Origin: a virus
Taxonomy: Duplodnaviria; Caudoviricetes
Direction: 5' to 3' (one strand)
DNA length: 25,770 bases
Virus record (IMG/VR): IMGVR_UViG_3300032291_002685
Span: 1-25,770 of that record
Under the pieces are notes generated by a model, which saw only the letters and a program-made list of their open reading frames with translations, was not told the DNA's origin and ran no database searches. The number at the start of each line of letters is the position of its first letter. The first letter of the stretch is position 1. Below, piece after piece: positions 9,122-18,014 of this stretch. Position numbers and translations under genes: made by a program.

Positions 9122-12100
9122 ATGGCAGAGAATTTTAATTTCTATAATAATCTTTCCAACGATAACTATGCTGGGGGTGGCTTTGGTGGTGGTGGTTCAT
9201 CGGTAGGTGGTGGCTCTGCTATTAATGTTGGAACTTTACCAAACCCATCTTTATTAAATGATGAGCAATATTTGGTAGAAGTTAAATCAAACGTATCGGA
9301 TGCTAAAATATTATTTGCAAATGAGGATAAAGGATCTACGCCAAATAATTTTAGATTTACATTATCAGAACTTCGTCAAAAAGGAGGTTCGGCTGTTATA
9401 AAATTAGAAAAAACTAATTATTCATCTAACGAAGAATATAGAGTTAGCATAATTAATAATCCGCAATTTTTATTTCAAAGAAACCAATTTAACACAGATG
9501 GTTTATTTGATATAAATGGTAGAATTGGTTTAATAAATATAAATCAACAACTATTTACAAATGTTCCACCATTTACACTTTCTATAAAAAAGTTTGTAAA
9601 TGGAGTTGAAGATTTGCAATTCAGTAGAAATAACCCTGATAATTTAGATACAAAGCAATTTTCTATTGAATTTGATTTACCAAAACAACGTGTAGACCCA
9701 ATAGTATTTGAACCAACCAAAGCAAGTATTTCATACATTCATCAGGGAGTTAGGGATTCTGTTAAATTAATAATAAACGATACAACTGAAGAGTTATTAG
9801 CTGTAGATGGTATACTTGATTATGATTTAGGAACTAAGATAACGATAACATCAGCACTCCCAAATAGATATAGATTGCAATCTGCCGTTATTAGTAGTGG
9901 TGGTAGAACGGATGTAAAAGAAGCTTCAAATGATTTACAAAGTTTACAGGTTTCATTTATACTTGATGGCGATACCACATTAACAACAGTATCACTTGAA
10001 GTTACGCAACCAATTTTAAATTTACCATCTATTTCAGAAACATCTGCAAACAATGGTAGAAGATATAATATAAATAGTAATACACCATATCCTATAGCTA
10101 TTACAAAAAATAGTGTAGTTGATAGTATTCAGGTTGTTATCGGTGATAATATTATTACATATGGTGAGTTAGGTAATGAATCTGATTTTGTAATATTAAT
10201 ACCAGCAAATTCATTTAGTAGAATTGGAATATATAATGTCCAATTAATACCAAGAAATGCAGATGGTGATGGCGCACCATTAAATATATCCATAAATGTT
10301 GTTGATGATGTATGGGTTGGTGAACCTGATATTCGTAATATAACATATCCTTCTTTAATAGAAGGAGCTGATTATGTTGGGACAAATGTGGATTTTACAT
10401 TACAATGGGAAAGTATTAATACTGATTATATAAGAATTTCAAAGGTAAATGGAAACTCATATATTCAGGCACCTGCTACAGGCAGAATAACATTAAATGT
10501 TCAATCTTTAATTGGATTGGATGGTGTACCATTTAATGAAACTGATAATGGACTTGATATAAATCTAAAATTAGTTCCCTTCAATATAAGTGGTAAGGAA
10601 GTTTTAAAGGGTAAGGAAGAATTAATTAAAATAAACTTTTCTAAAGGATTATTAGATATACCAAGACCCGTTGCTATTAATAGATTAGTTGATGGATTTG
10701 CCAATCAATTCGATGTTGACATATTAGGTAAAGAAACATCAAAATATTTAACGCATACTTTAAACTTTGGCGCAGCTGATAATAAAGTAATTACAACTTG
10801 GACCGGTAGTGAAGGTTCGTTGATTGTTAAACTATACGAACCATTACCAACATCAGTTCAAACAAATCAGCAAGTATGGATTTCTAAATTACAGTCAAAC
10901 CCAATATTAGATACGGTAACTGTTAGTGGGTTGGTCGGTGATGTATGTTCCCCATTAAAAGGACCTAATTTTACAATTGATAATAATAATGACATTGGTT
11001 ATAAAATATATGATGATTTAATAGCAAGTGGTAGTGAAACATCAAATGATTTAGTAAATCGTTATTTAAGTAAATTAAATTTAGATACATCTAAACTTAA
11101 TATAGAATATGTAAGTGGTTCTAATACTACTCAATGGTATTATGCATTTCAAAACTTTGTTAATTTCGGTTCTGCCGCAGAACGAATTAATAACTTTTAC
11201 TATAAAATGCAACTAGTTGAAAAGTATAAAAATAGGTTAGCTAGTTTAACGGGAGCTTCTATCGCAGGTGTAGTTTTAACTGAAACAATGGAATTGCTAC
11301 TAACCGATGATGTAGCGGAGGATGGTGGATTTTTAGGATTTGAAATAGAAAAATTTGTATTTAGAAACCCAACTGAGGGTATAGATGCAGAAAAAACATT
11401 AGAATCATTAAATGCTTTATTAAGAGGATTTGATGGATTCGAATTATTCTTATATAAAGATTTAAATGTTTTAGCATATCCAAAATATTCAACTCCTGCT
11501 TATTTAGGACAATCAATATATGTGTTATATGCAACGGATTATCCGGATGTAGTGAGTTGGTATGAATCGGCATTATCAGTAGCAAATGAATTTGATAAAA
11601 ATAATCCAAATTATATAGTAAATAACATACCTGAATTCATTTATACTAATACATCAAATAGTGATTTTATAGTATTTTTGGATATGATAGGACAGCATTT
11701 CGATGCTATATGGGTTTATATAAACGCTTTATCAAAATTCAAAAAGTTAGATGAAGCTGGATTAAAAGGAGTTCCTAAAAACTTTGTTTGGAACATATTA
11801 AAATCATTTGGGTGGACTGGTAAGAGAGCATTTGATTCTCAATTCCTTTGGGAGTATGCATTTGGACAATCAAAAGAAGGATATCCAAAATACTCAACTT
11901 CATTGGAAGATGCAAACAATCAAGTTTGGAGAAGAATCTTAAACAACTTACCATACCTACTAAAGCATAAGGGAACTGGAAGAGCTATGAAAGCTATTAT
12001 GGCTTGTTATGGTGTTCCTCAATCTATGTTGACTATAATGGAATTTGGAGGTCCGCAAGATCCAACGAAGGGAGGAGTTAGTGAATTTACATTTGATGAT

Positions 12101-14122
12101 AGAACTGCTGCATTAAAATTACAAAGTAGTTCATCAGTTTTAATTCCGTGGAAAGCAGTGGGAACTCCATTGGAACATCCGCAGGCTATAGAATTTATGT
12201 TTAAGCCCGAATCAGCAAATTCATTTACATTAGTATCTGCATCAAATTTCTCATTAGCAGTAACATCATCAAATACAGGTTCTGTTTTAGGATTTACAAT
12301 TGGAAATTATTATACTACGAGTTCAGAGTTCCAATTTAAATTGGATAATTATAACAATGTATTAATTAATAAAACTAATGTAGGTAGTGGTTCGATATAT
12401 GATGTTTATTTAAAATCAGGAGATGGTAATAGAATAATTACAACTTCTAGTTTACAATTAACAATATCAACTTCTTCGGGAGAGTGGGAAAGTGGTAGTA
12501 ATATTAGTATTGGTGGAAGTAATCCATATTTTACTGGTTCATTGGATGAGTTTCGTTTGTGGAGAGTTCCATTGGAAGTTAGTAAATTTGATAATCATAC
12601 TTTATTGCCTGATGCTATAAATGGTAACAATTATAGTTCATCAACTGCTGATTTGTATTTTAGATTGGATTTTGAATTACCAAGAGATAGACAAGTTTTT
12701 ACTGAAATTTTGAATGTTGCTATAAATGAAGAATATGGCGCGCAGTTCGCTACTGCAAGTAATATGTATTCAGCTCCAACATATCCATTCCAATATATTC
12801 CGTATGATAGAACTGTGACAGCAAAAGTTCCATCTTTAGGATTTAATGTTTCCAATAAAATTCGTTTTGAATCTCAATATAATTTAGTAGGACAGGAATT
12901 AACAGGTTCTAATTATACGGCATCTTTATCACACAAGCAAAGAGCTACTAAAAAAGCATATGATAAATCACCAATAGATTCAAATCGTTTAGGGTTATTC
13001 TTCTCTCCTATTAAGGAGTTGAATATGGATATCTTAAAAGCATTTGGTGATTTTAATATTGATAACTATATTGGTGACCCATCGGATGATTATAAAGATT
13101 CATATAAAGAATTAGATGGATTGAGGGAATACTATTTTGAAAGATTGGATAGAGATATAAATGAATATATTCAATTGGTTAGATATATTAACAAATCTCT
13201 TTTTGATGTTCTTGCAGATATGGCACCTGCTAGAGCAAAGGTATCCAAAGGTTTATTAATCGAACCTCACTATTTAGAGAGAAACAAAACTCGTTGGGAT
13301 AGACCAATAGCAGAAAGAGGGGATTTTGATTCTAATGTGGATGTTACTGAAGGTGTAAATTTAGTATCTGATTTTCCTACTTATGAAGGTGAATTTGCGG
13401 ATAGGGTTACTGCAGATATCGGATTTGATATAGCAAACTATGATGGTGTTATTGATGAAAACGAAGCAACTCAAATAATAGGTGAAAAGATTTCCTATGA
13501 AACACTTATAGATTATAATACCGATGAATCTTTGGAAGGTGAATATCCATCTTACACATCATCAATTGAATTCTCATTAGGTGAAACCTTATTAGCAGAG
13601 TATGAGAGTATTGGAAAATATGAAGCAATTGGAATGGATAAGAATTCCGTAGCTAATTTAGGTTTTGGGTTATTTGCACCAAATGGAACTACACAATATA
13701 AAAGATTTACTGATTTGGAAGGGAATGTTAGTCAATCAAGAAGTAACATATTTTTAGTAGAATTAACTGAAACGAAAAATATATTAGAACAAACTAATCC
13801 AAACGAACCATTACTATTAGAAGATACTCCTAGACAATTTAAAAGAAATATTGTATCTATTATACCATTTAATGGTAATGTTACCATTGGAAATACTGTA
13901 ACAAATGTTACGGAATTAAAAGGATATTTCCACACACATTATCGTTATACAAATGGGTTATCTACGGGTTTAGAAAGATCTTATTTCTTAGGTTCTCAGC
14001 AAACGGCAGCAACTACGCCTGATGGATTATCTCCTGTAGAAACATTTACAACTAATCCTAACATCCTTAGAGTTGCTAAGACTGGTAGAGGTAGTGGTGA
14101 ACCAATCCTTGAAGTGGATTAA
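9122..14122 (+). CDS. Large multidomain baseplate protein (PEGA-like N-terminus, gp7/P2 gpI-like KGT segment, LamG/concanavalin-like domain)
   Basis: 1666 aa. VKSNVSDAKILF..DKGSTP..KLEKTNY is PEGA-like. DMIGQHFDAIW and LLKHKGTGRAMKAIMACYG resemble the wedge KGT motif. AIEFMFKP...FTGSLDEFRLW is LamG-like. Confidence 0.72.
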   Translation: MAENFNFYNNLSNDNYAGGGFGGGGSSVGGGSAINVGTLPNPSLLNDEQYLVEVKSNVSDAKILFANEDKGSTPNNFRFTLSELRQKGGSAVIKLEKTNYSSNEEYRVSIINNPQFLFQRNQFNTDGLFDINGRIGLININQQLFTNVPPFTLSIKKFVNGVEDLQFSRNNPDNLDTKQFSIEFDLPKQRVDPIVFEPTKASISYIHQGVRDSVKLIINDTTEELLAVDGILDYDLGTKITITSALPNRYRLQSAVISSGGRTDVKEASNDLQSLQVSFILDGDTTLTTVSLEVTQPILNLPSISETSANNGRRYNINSNTPYPIAITKNSVVDSIQVVIGDNIITYGELGNESDFVILIPANSFSRIGIYNVQLIPRNADGDGAPLNISINVVDDVWVGEPDIRNITYPSLIEGADYVGTNVDFTLQWESINTDYIRISKVNGNSYIQAPATGRITLNVQSLIGLDGVPFNETDNGLDINLKLVPFNISGKEVLKGKEELIKINFSKGLLDIPRPVAINRLVDGFANQFDVDILGKETSKYLTHTLNFGAADNKVITTWTGSEGSLIVKLYEPLPTSVQTNQQVWISKLQSNPILDTVTVSGLVGDVCSPLKGPNFTIDNNNDIGYKIYDDLIASGSETSNDLVNRYLSKLNLDTSKLNIEYVSGSNTTQWYYAFQNFVNFGSAAERINNFYYKMQLVEKYKNRLASLTGASIAGVVLTETMELLLTDDVAEDGGFLGFEIEKFVFRNPTEGIDAEKTLESLNALLRGFDGFELFLYKDLNVLAYPKYSTPAYLGQSIYVLYATDYPDVVSWYESALSVANEFDKNNPNYIVNNIPEFIYTNTSNSDFIVFLDMIGQHFDAIWVYINALSKFKKLDEAGLKGVPKNFVWNILKSFGWTGKRAFDSQFLWEYAFGQSKEGYPKYSTSLEDANNQVWRRILNNLPYLLKHKGTGRAMKAIMACYGVPQSMLTIMEFGGPQDPTKGGVSEFTFDDRTAALKLQSSSSVLIPWKAVGTPLEHPQAIEFMFKPESANSFTLVSASNFSLAVTSSNTGSVLGFTIGNYYTTSSEFQFKLDNYNNVLINKTNVGSGSIYDVYLKSGDGNRIITTSSLQLTISTSSGEWESGSNISIGGSNPYFTGSLDEFRLWRVPLEVSKFDNHTLLPDAINGNNYSSSTADLYFRLDFELPRDRQVFTEILNVAINEEYGAQFATASNMYSAPTYPFQYIPYDRTVTAKVPSLGFNVSNKIRFESQYNLVGQELTGSNYTASLSHKQRATKKAYDKSPIDSNRLGLFFSPIKELNMDILKAFGDFNIDNYIGDPSDDYKDSYKELDGLREYYFERLDRDINEYIQLVRYINKSLFDVLADMAPARAKVSKGLLIEPHYLERNKTRWDRPIAERGDFDSNVDVTEGVNLVSDFPTYEGEFADRVTADIGFDIANYDGVIDENEATQIIGEKISYETLIDYNTDESLEGEYPSYTSSIEFSLGETLLAEYESIGKYEAIGMDKNSVANLGFGLFAPNGTTQYKRFTDLEGNVSQSRSNIFLVELTETKNILEQTNPNEPLLLEDTPRQFKRNIVSIIPFNGNVTIGNTVTNVTELKGYFHTHYRYTNGLSTGLERSYFLGSQQTAATTPDGLSPVETFTTNPNILRVAKTGRGSGEPILEVD

Positions 14123-14150
14123 TACTTATTTATTAAAATAAAAAAACTAT

Positions 14151-14159
14151 ATATTTATA
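14151..14159 (+). promoter_or_regulatory. Putative phage late promoter box ATATTTATA
   Basis: Intergenic, ends 20 nt before ATG 14180. A variant ATACTTATT also lies at 14122-14130. Confidence 0.6.
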
Positions 14160-14179
14160 GAATATAAAAGACACATAAT

Positions 14180-14809
14180 ATGGGATATTTAAACAACACA
14201 GAAGTAATTGTTGATGCAATTTTAACCAAAAAAGGTAGACAAAAATTAGCATCGGGTCAAGCACTTAATATTACAAAATTTGCATTAGGTGATGATGAAG
14301 TGGATTATACACTTTACGAACCAGCACATCCTAAAGGTTCTGCTTTCTATGACTCGGCAATTAGAGCAATTCCGGTAACTGAAGCATCTCCTGATGAAAC
14401 TCAAGTATTGAGATATAAATTAGTTACCTTACCAAAAGGAACTACTCAAATTCCAACGGTTAGATTGGGTGTTCCATCTATCAGCGCTAATCAAAGCGAA
14501 GGTGGTGTAGGATTAACACCAACAACCTCACCAGCTGGAAATACAGGTGCTGGATACACAATGATATTAGCAGACCAATCTGCGGGAACTCTTACTGTAA
14601 CAAGAGGAGCAACTTCAGTAGCAACTACACCGGTGTTTTTGGGAGATGAGATTTCATCAACTGCACAGGTAGTAAGTGGTTTAGAATTTAGATTTACACC
14701 AAACCCACAATTAACATTGGATGTTTCTACAACAATCACTGTTTATGGTAATGAGACTGGTGGTTCACAAACTATCCCTGTAACAATAACTTATAAAGCA
14801 ACAGTATAA
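14180..14809 (+). CDS. Virion structural protein with N-terminal tail-collar-fibre-like motif
   Basis: DAILTKKGRQKLASGQALNITKFALGDD resembles the first half of the P2 gpH/DUF3751 N-terminal domain. The rest is Thr-rich and beta-like. Confidence 0.7.
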   Translation: MGYLNNTEVIVDAILTKKGRQKLASGQALNITKFALGDDEVDYTLYEPAHPKGSAFYDSAIRAIPVTEASPDETQVLRYKLVTLPKGTTQIPTVRLGVPSISANQSEGGVGLTPTTSPAGNTGAGYTMILADQSAGTLTVTRGATSVATTPVFLGDEISSTAQVVSGLEFRFTPNPQLTLDVSTTITVYGNETGGSQTIPVTITYKATV

Positions 14810-14828
14810 AATAAAAAATATATAAAAA

Positions 14829-16058
14829 ATGGCACAAATTATTGATCCTAATGTAACCGCCCAGATTCGAGATTTGGCAAATACGGGACAAATCGATACC
14901 GACCAATTAATATCGATTTTAAACTCCGCATTACCTGCGGGCTCTCAACTAAGTGTAGGGGCTGGTGTATCAACTGGTATCTATAAAAGATTTGGTGACT
15001 TTGATAAGGTAAATGCTAAAATTGAAATAGTAACTACGGGTATTTGGTCAAACGGCTCGGGTTCACTTACAACTTTCTTTACATCATCTACGCAAGCTAG
15101 AACCGATAACAGTGGCCAATTCTATTATAATGTATATGATAAGAATCCATCTACTGACCAAACGGCAGAGGTTCAATTTGCAGTAGCATATGGTAATGCT
15201 AACGGAAGTGGTTCTACGCAATTATCATCCGATGATAACGCATTATTAGCAAGTAAATCAACATACGCTCAGTATCGTTCAATGTTATTGAATGACCCAA
15301 CTGCAAAATTCCAATTTGAAACAGGTTCTGCTGGAACATTAGCAGATGCTGATTCGATTTACGCTATTACTTTAAATAGAGCAAGATATAGAGAAGAAAT
15401 GGATGCAGGTAACTGGTCATTAAGTTTGGCTGGCTCTAATGGAACATTTACATTTATTGATGATAGTGGTAAGAAATTCGGAGATACATTTGGTAAGGCT
15501 GGTAGAGTATTTACTATTGTATCAGGTTCTTTAAATATCGGAACACAAAATGATGCAACAATTATAAATAGAGTAGCTCCATTGAATGGTAAAGGATATG
15601 GAACATTCTATCCTGATAGAGGTATTATTATTCTTAATCCGGAAGCAATTGGTAGTGTAGTTGGAACAGTTACATTCTCAACGGGTTCTGGTCATACACA
15701 AACTGCTAATTTAAGTGGAAGTTTAGCAACTACGGCAAATGCATATAATCATTCAAGATTATTCGCAGCAATTAGTGGAGCTGGCGATTTTGAAGCTAGA
15801 AGAACTGAAAATGTTTCTACTCAGCATTTCTTTGTAAGAGCAACAAATAGAGAATATAATTATTCTAACAATCCAACATACGTGGATACAGCAGGAGCAT
15901 TTGCAGAACCATCATTCGCAATAGACCCACAAACTTATATTACAACTATAGGTTTATATAATGATTCAAATGAATTGATTGCAGTTGCAAAAACTTCACA
16001 ACCAATTGTTAAATCATTCGATAAAGAAGTATTGATAAAAGTTAAATTAAGTTACTAA
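14829..16058 (+). CDS. Virion structural protein (baseplate/tail-fibre attachment family)
   Basis: 409 aa with GTFYPDRG, EYNYSNNPTY and C-terminal YITTIGLYNDSNELIAVAKTSQPIVK. Paralogous to 16145..17023. Confidence 0.7.
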   Translation: MAQIIDPNVTAQIRDLANTGQIDTDQLISILNSALPAGSQLSVGAGVSTGIYKRFGDFDKVNAKIEIVTTGIWSNGSGSLTTFFTSSTQARTDNSGQFYYNVYDKNPSTDQTAEVQFAVAYGNANGSGSTQLSSDDNALLASKSTYAQYRSMLLNDPTAKFQFETGSAGTLADADSIYAITLNRARYREEMDAGNWSLSLAGSNGTFTFIDDSGKKFGDTFGKAGRVFTIVSGSLNIGTQNDATIINRVAPLNGKGYGTFYPDRGIIILNPEAIGSVVGTVTFSTGSGHTQTANLSGSLATTANAYNHSRLFAAISGAGDFEARRTENVSTQHFFVRATNREYNYSNNPTYVDTAGAFAEPSFAIDPQTYITTIGLYNDSNELIAVAKTSQPIVKSFDKEVLIKVKLSY

Positions 16059-16081
16059 ACGATAAACGTTAAAAGATAAAG

Positions 16082-16106
16082 AAACCCCCAGAAATGGGGG
16101 TTTTTT
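16082..16106 (+). terminator. Rho-independent terminator
   Basis: AAACCCCCA-GAAA-TGGGGGTTT is a 9-bp perfect stem with a GNRA tetraloop, followed by a T run. It lies 23 nt after the stop at 16058. Confidence 0.92.
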
Positions 16107-16115
16107 GTTTAGATG

Positions 16116-16124
16116 ATATTTATA
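16116..16124 (+). promoter_or_regulatory. Putative phage late promoter box ATATTTATA
   Basis: Lies just downstream of the terminator and ends 20 nt before ATG 16145, where a new promoter is needed. Confidence 0.68.
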
Positions 16125-16144
16125 GAAAAGATATACATTAAGTA

Positions 16145-17023
16145 ATGTTAAAAGCTATACCAAAATCCGATATTGTAATAAGACCTTTTAAGGTATATAA
16201 AGAGTGGTCTTTTGATGAGCAAGATAAAGCTGAGGTTGATATAAAGTGGGGATTATCGGGCTCATTTGGTTCATTTGATGCTGAAATTCCAACTGAATTA
16301 AGATACGTTTTATATCGTTCAATTGAAGCACAATTTTATAAAAATGCGGCAACCGCATCAATTATAACAGAAGTTGGTAGACGTAAATCTTATGCATCTA
16401 CTTATGAAAGAAATTTGGAAGAACAATTTGCATTGTTTTCAATTCCACAAAAATATTATGGTGAGGGGATTAAGCCAGGAAGTCTAACATTAACTACTGG
16501 AAGTGTGACTTATACGGATGATGGATTTTCCAATCTAATTGATTCTGCTAGTAATGTAAAGGGAAATATATTTTATGATAGAGGATTTGTGATTGCAACA
16601 AAGGATATACAAAGTGGTTCATCATTTACTGATTACTCTTTACAATATCGTTCAACTAAAACAATATATGAAAACGAAATATTCATATCAGTATTGGAAA
16701 GTGAATTCAACGCATCAACAAATCCAACTGCATTGACTGATATTGATGATGAACTTATAACCACAATAATTGATGATCCTATAACCAAACAAAAATACAC
16801 AGGTAGTTTTTATAATATAAAATCAGCAAGAGTAAATCCATTATTTTGGGAATATGATTTTAGTGCATCGAATGACCCAACTGGTTCATATTTAGCACCT
16901 TATATTACTACCATTGGTTTATATGATAATGAAATGAATATGGTAGCTGTAGCAAAATTACCACAACCAATTAAGTCTCTGCCCGATTACCCATTGAATT
17001 TTATAATACGATTTGATACATAA
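16145..17023 (+). CDS. Virion structural protein, paralog of 14829..16058
   Basis: GIKPGSL, DDGFSNL, GNIFYDRG, EFNASTNPT and C-terminal YITTIGLYDNEMNMVAVAKLPQPIK. Confidence 0.7.
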   Translation: MLKAIPKSDIVIRPFKVYKEWSFDEQDKAEVDIKWGLSGSFGSFDAEIPTELRYVLYRSIEAQFYKNAATASIITEVGRRKSYASTYERNLEEQFALFSIPQKYYGEGIKPGSLTLTTGSVTYTDDGFSNLIDSASNVKGNIFYDRGFVIATKDIQSGSSFTDYSLQYRSTKTIYENEIFISVLESEFNASTNPTALTDIDDELITTIIDDPITKQKYTGSFYNIKSARVNPLFWEYDFSASNDPTGSYLAPYITTIGLYDNEMNMVAVAKLPQPIKSLPDYPLNFIIRFDT

Positions 17024-17030
17024 ATCAAAT

Positions 17031-17045
17031 ATACTTATATTTATA
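17031..17045 (+). promoter_or_regulatory. Putative phage late promoter, overlapping boxes ATACTTATA / ATATTTATA
   Basis: Intergenic ATACTTATATTTATA ending 17 nt before ATG 17063. Confidence 0.58.
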
Positions 17046-17062
17046 TCTAAATAACAAATACT

Positions 17063-17260
17063 ATGGCAATATTAGATTTATACAAAAAACAACAACCAAC
17101 AACTGCTAAAGTTAATACTAAAGGTGGTGACCCGGAACCAATTGGTGATGCTAACGCATTTAAACCTTCTAAAAATTTATCAAGAGATCAAAAGGCTTTG
17201 AAAAAAGCTAGAGGTGGTGATGTTGGTTCTAAACTTTATAGCGCTACTCCTAAAAAATAA
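17063..17260 (+). CDS. Small basic hypothetical protein (65 aa)
   Basis: ATG start, A-rich leader, its own late box, and it fills the gap between neighbours; Lys-rich. Confidence 0.75.
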   Translation: MAILDLYKKQQPTTAKVNTKGGDPEPIGDANAFKPSKNLSRDQKALKKARGGDVGSKLYSATPKK

Positions 17261-17263
17261 ATA

Positions 17264-17686
17264 ATGAATTGGTTACATAATGGAAAAGAAGTTACGGAAG
17301 ATATGGTGCCAGATGGTGCCATTGGATTTGTATATGTCATAACACACATACCAACCAATAGATTCTATATTGGTAAAAAATCACTAACAGCTACTAGAAG
17401 ATTAAAACCCCTAAAGGGAAAGGTTCGTAAAAGAGTAGTTCGTAAAGCATCGGATTGGGAAAAATACTATTCCTCCAATGAATGGATTAAAGAACAAATA
17501 AAAGAAGGTAAGTCGGAAGAGTTTAGCAGAGAAATTATTGAATTTTGCTATTCAAAAAAGACACTATCTTATTTAGAAGTATATTATCAATTTAAACATA
17601 ATGTTCTTTCGAATGAAAACTCAATAAATGAAAATATATTGGGTAAGTTTTTCAGAAGGGATATAATAAACAAACCAAAGTTATGA
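17264..17686 (+). CDS. GIY-YIG superfamily nuclease (stand-alone catalytic domain)
   Basis: GFVYVITHIPTNRFYIGKK, YYSS, FSREII, conserved E (YLEVYYQ) and N (SINENI). Confidence 0.82.
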   Translation: MNWLHNGKEVTEDMVPDGAIGFVYVITHIPTNRFYIGKKSLTATRRLKPLKGKVRKRVVRKASDWEKYYSSNEWIKEQIKEGKSEEFSREIIEFCYSKKTLSYLEVYYQFKHNVLSNENSINENILGKFFRRDIINKPKL

Positions 17687-17883
17687 CTTTAGAACAAATC
17701 GGAACTAAATACAAAATCTCACATGCATTCTTAAACTCAAAAGAAGATGCATTGTTAGTAGCTGCAAATTCACTAAAAGATTTTCAATTCAAATTGGATT
17801 ATAATATTCCAAAAGATGAGTTAAAAAAGGATTTATCTAAGTTAGAGCAATTCCTTAGAGATGTAAAAAACTCCAACCACTAA
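17683..17883 (+). CDS. Hypothetical protein (66 aa)
   Basis: ATGA overlap with the GIY-YIG gene; amphipathic helical composition. Confidence 0.7.
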   Translation: MTLEQIGTKYKISHAFLNSKEDALLVAANSLKDFQFKLDYNIPKDELKKDLSKLEQFLRDVKNSNH

Positions 17884-17885
17884 AA

Positions 17886-17917
17886 TTAGGATATATCGGA
17901 TATTTTTCGTATATTTA
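17886..17917 (+). promoter_or_regulatory. Upstream variant copy of Bacteroidota-type promoter (TTAG-N20-TATATTTA)
   Basis: Same spacing as the copy 79 nt downstream, sharing an identical 15-mer GGATATTTTTCGTAT (17898-17912). Confidence 0.55.
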
Positions 17918-17964
17918 CGAATGATTTTATATGCGATTGATATCCAACAAATAATACTAAATAA

Positions 17965-17996
17965 TTTGGTAGTTTGGGATATTTTTCGTATCTTTG
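17965..17996 (+). promoter_or_regulatory. Bacteroidota primary-sigma promoter (-33 TTTG, -7 TATCTTTG) for the primase operon
   Basis: TTTG at 17965-17968, 20-nt spacer, TATCTTTG at 17989-17996. This matches the TTTG-N19-21-TAnnTTTG consensus exactly and ends 18 nt before the primase ATG. Confidence 0.8.
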
Positions 17997-18014
17997 TGAT
18001 ATAATATTCTATAC

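Noticed and set aside
17921-18004. 27-codon ORF (MILYAIDIQQ...) in the primase promoter region
   Set aside because: It starts only 3 nt after the upstream -7 box and runs through the downstream promoter, so it is better explained as promoter DNA.
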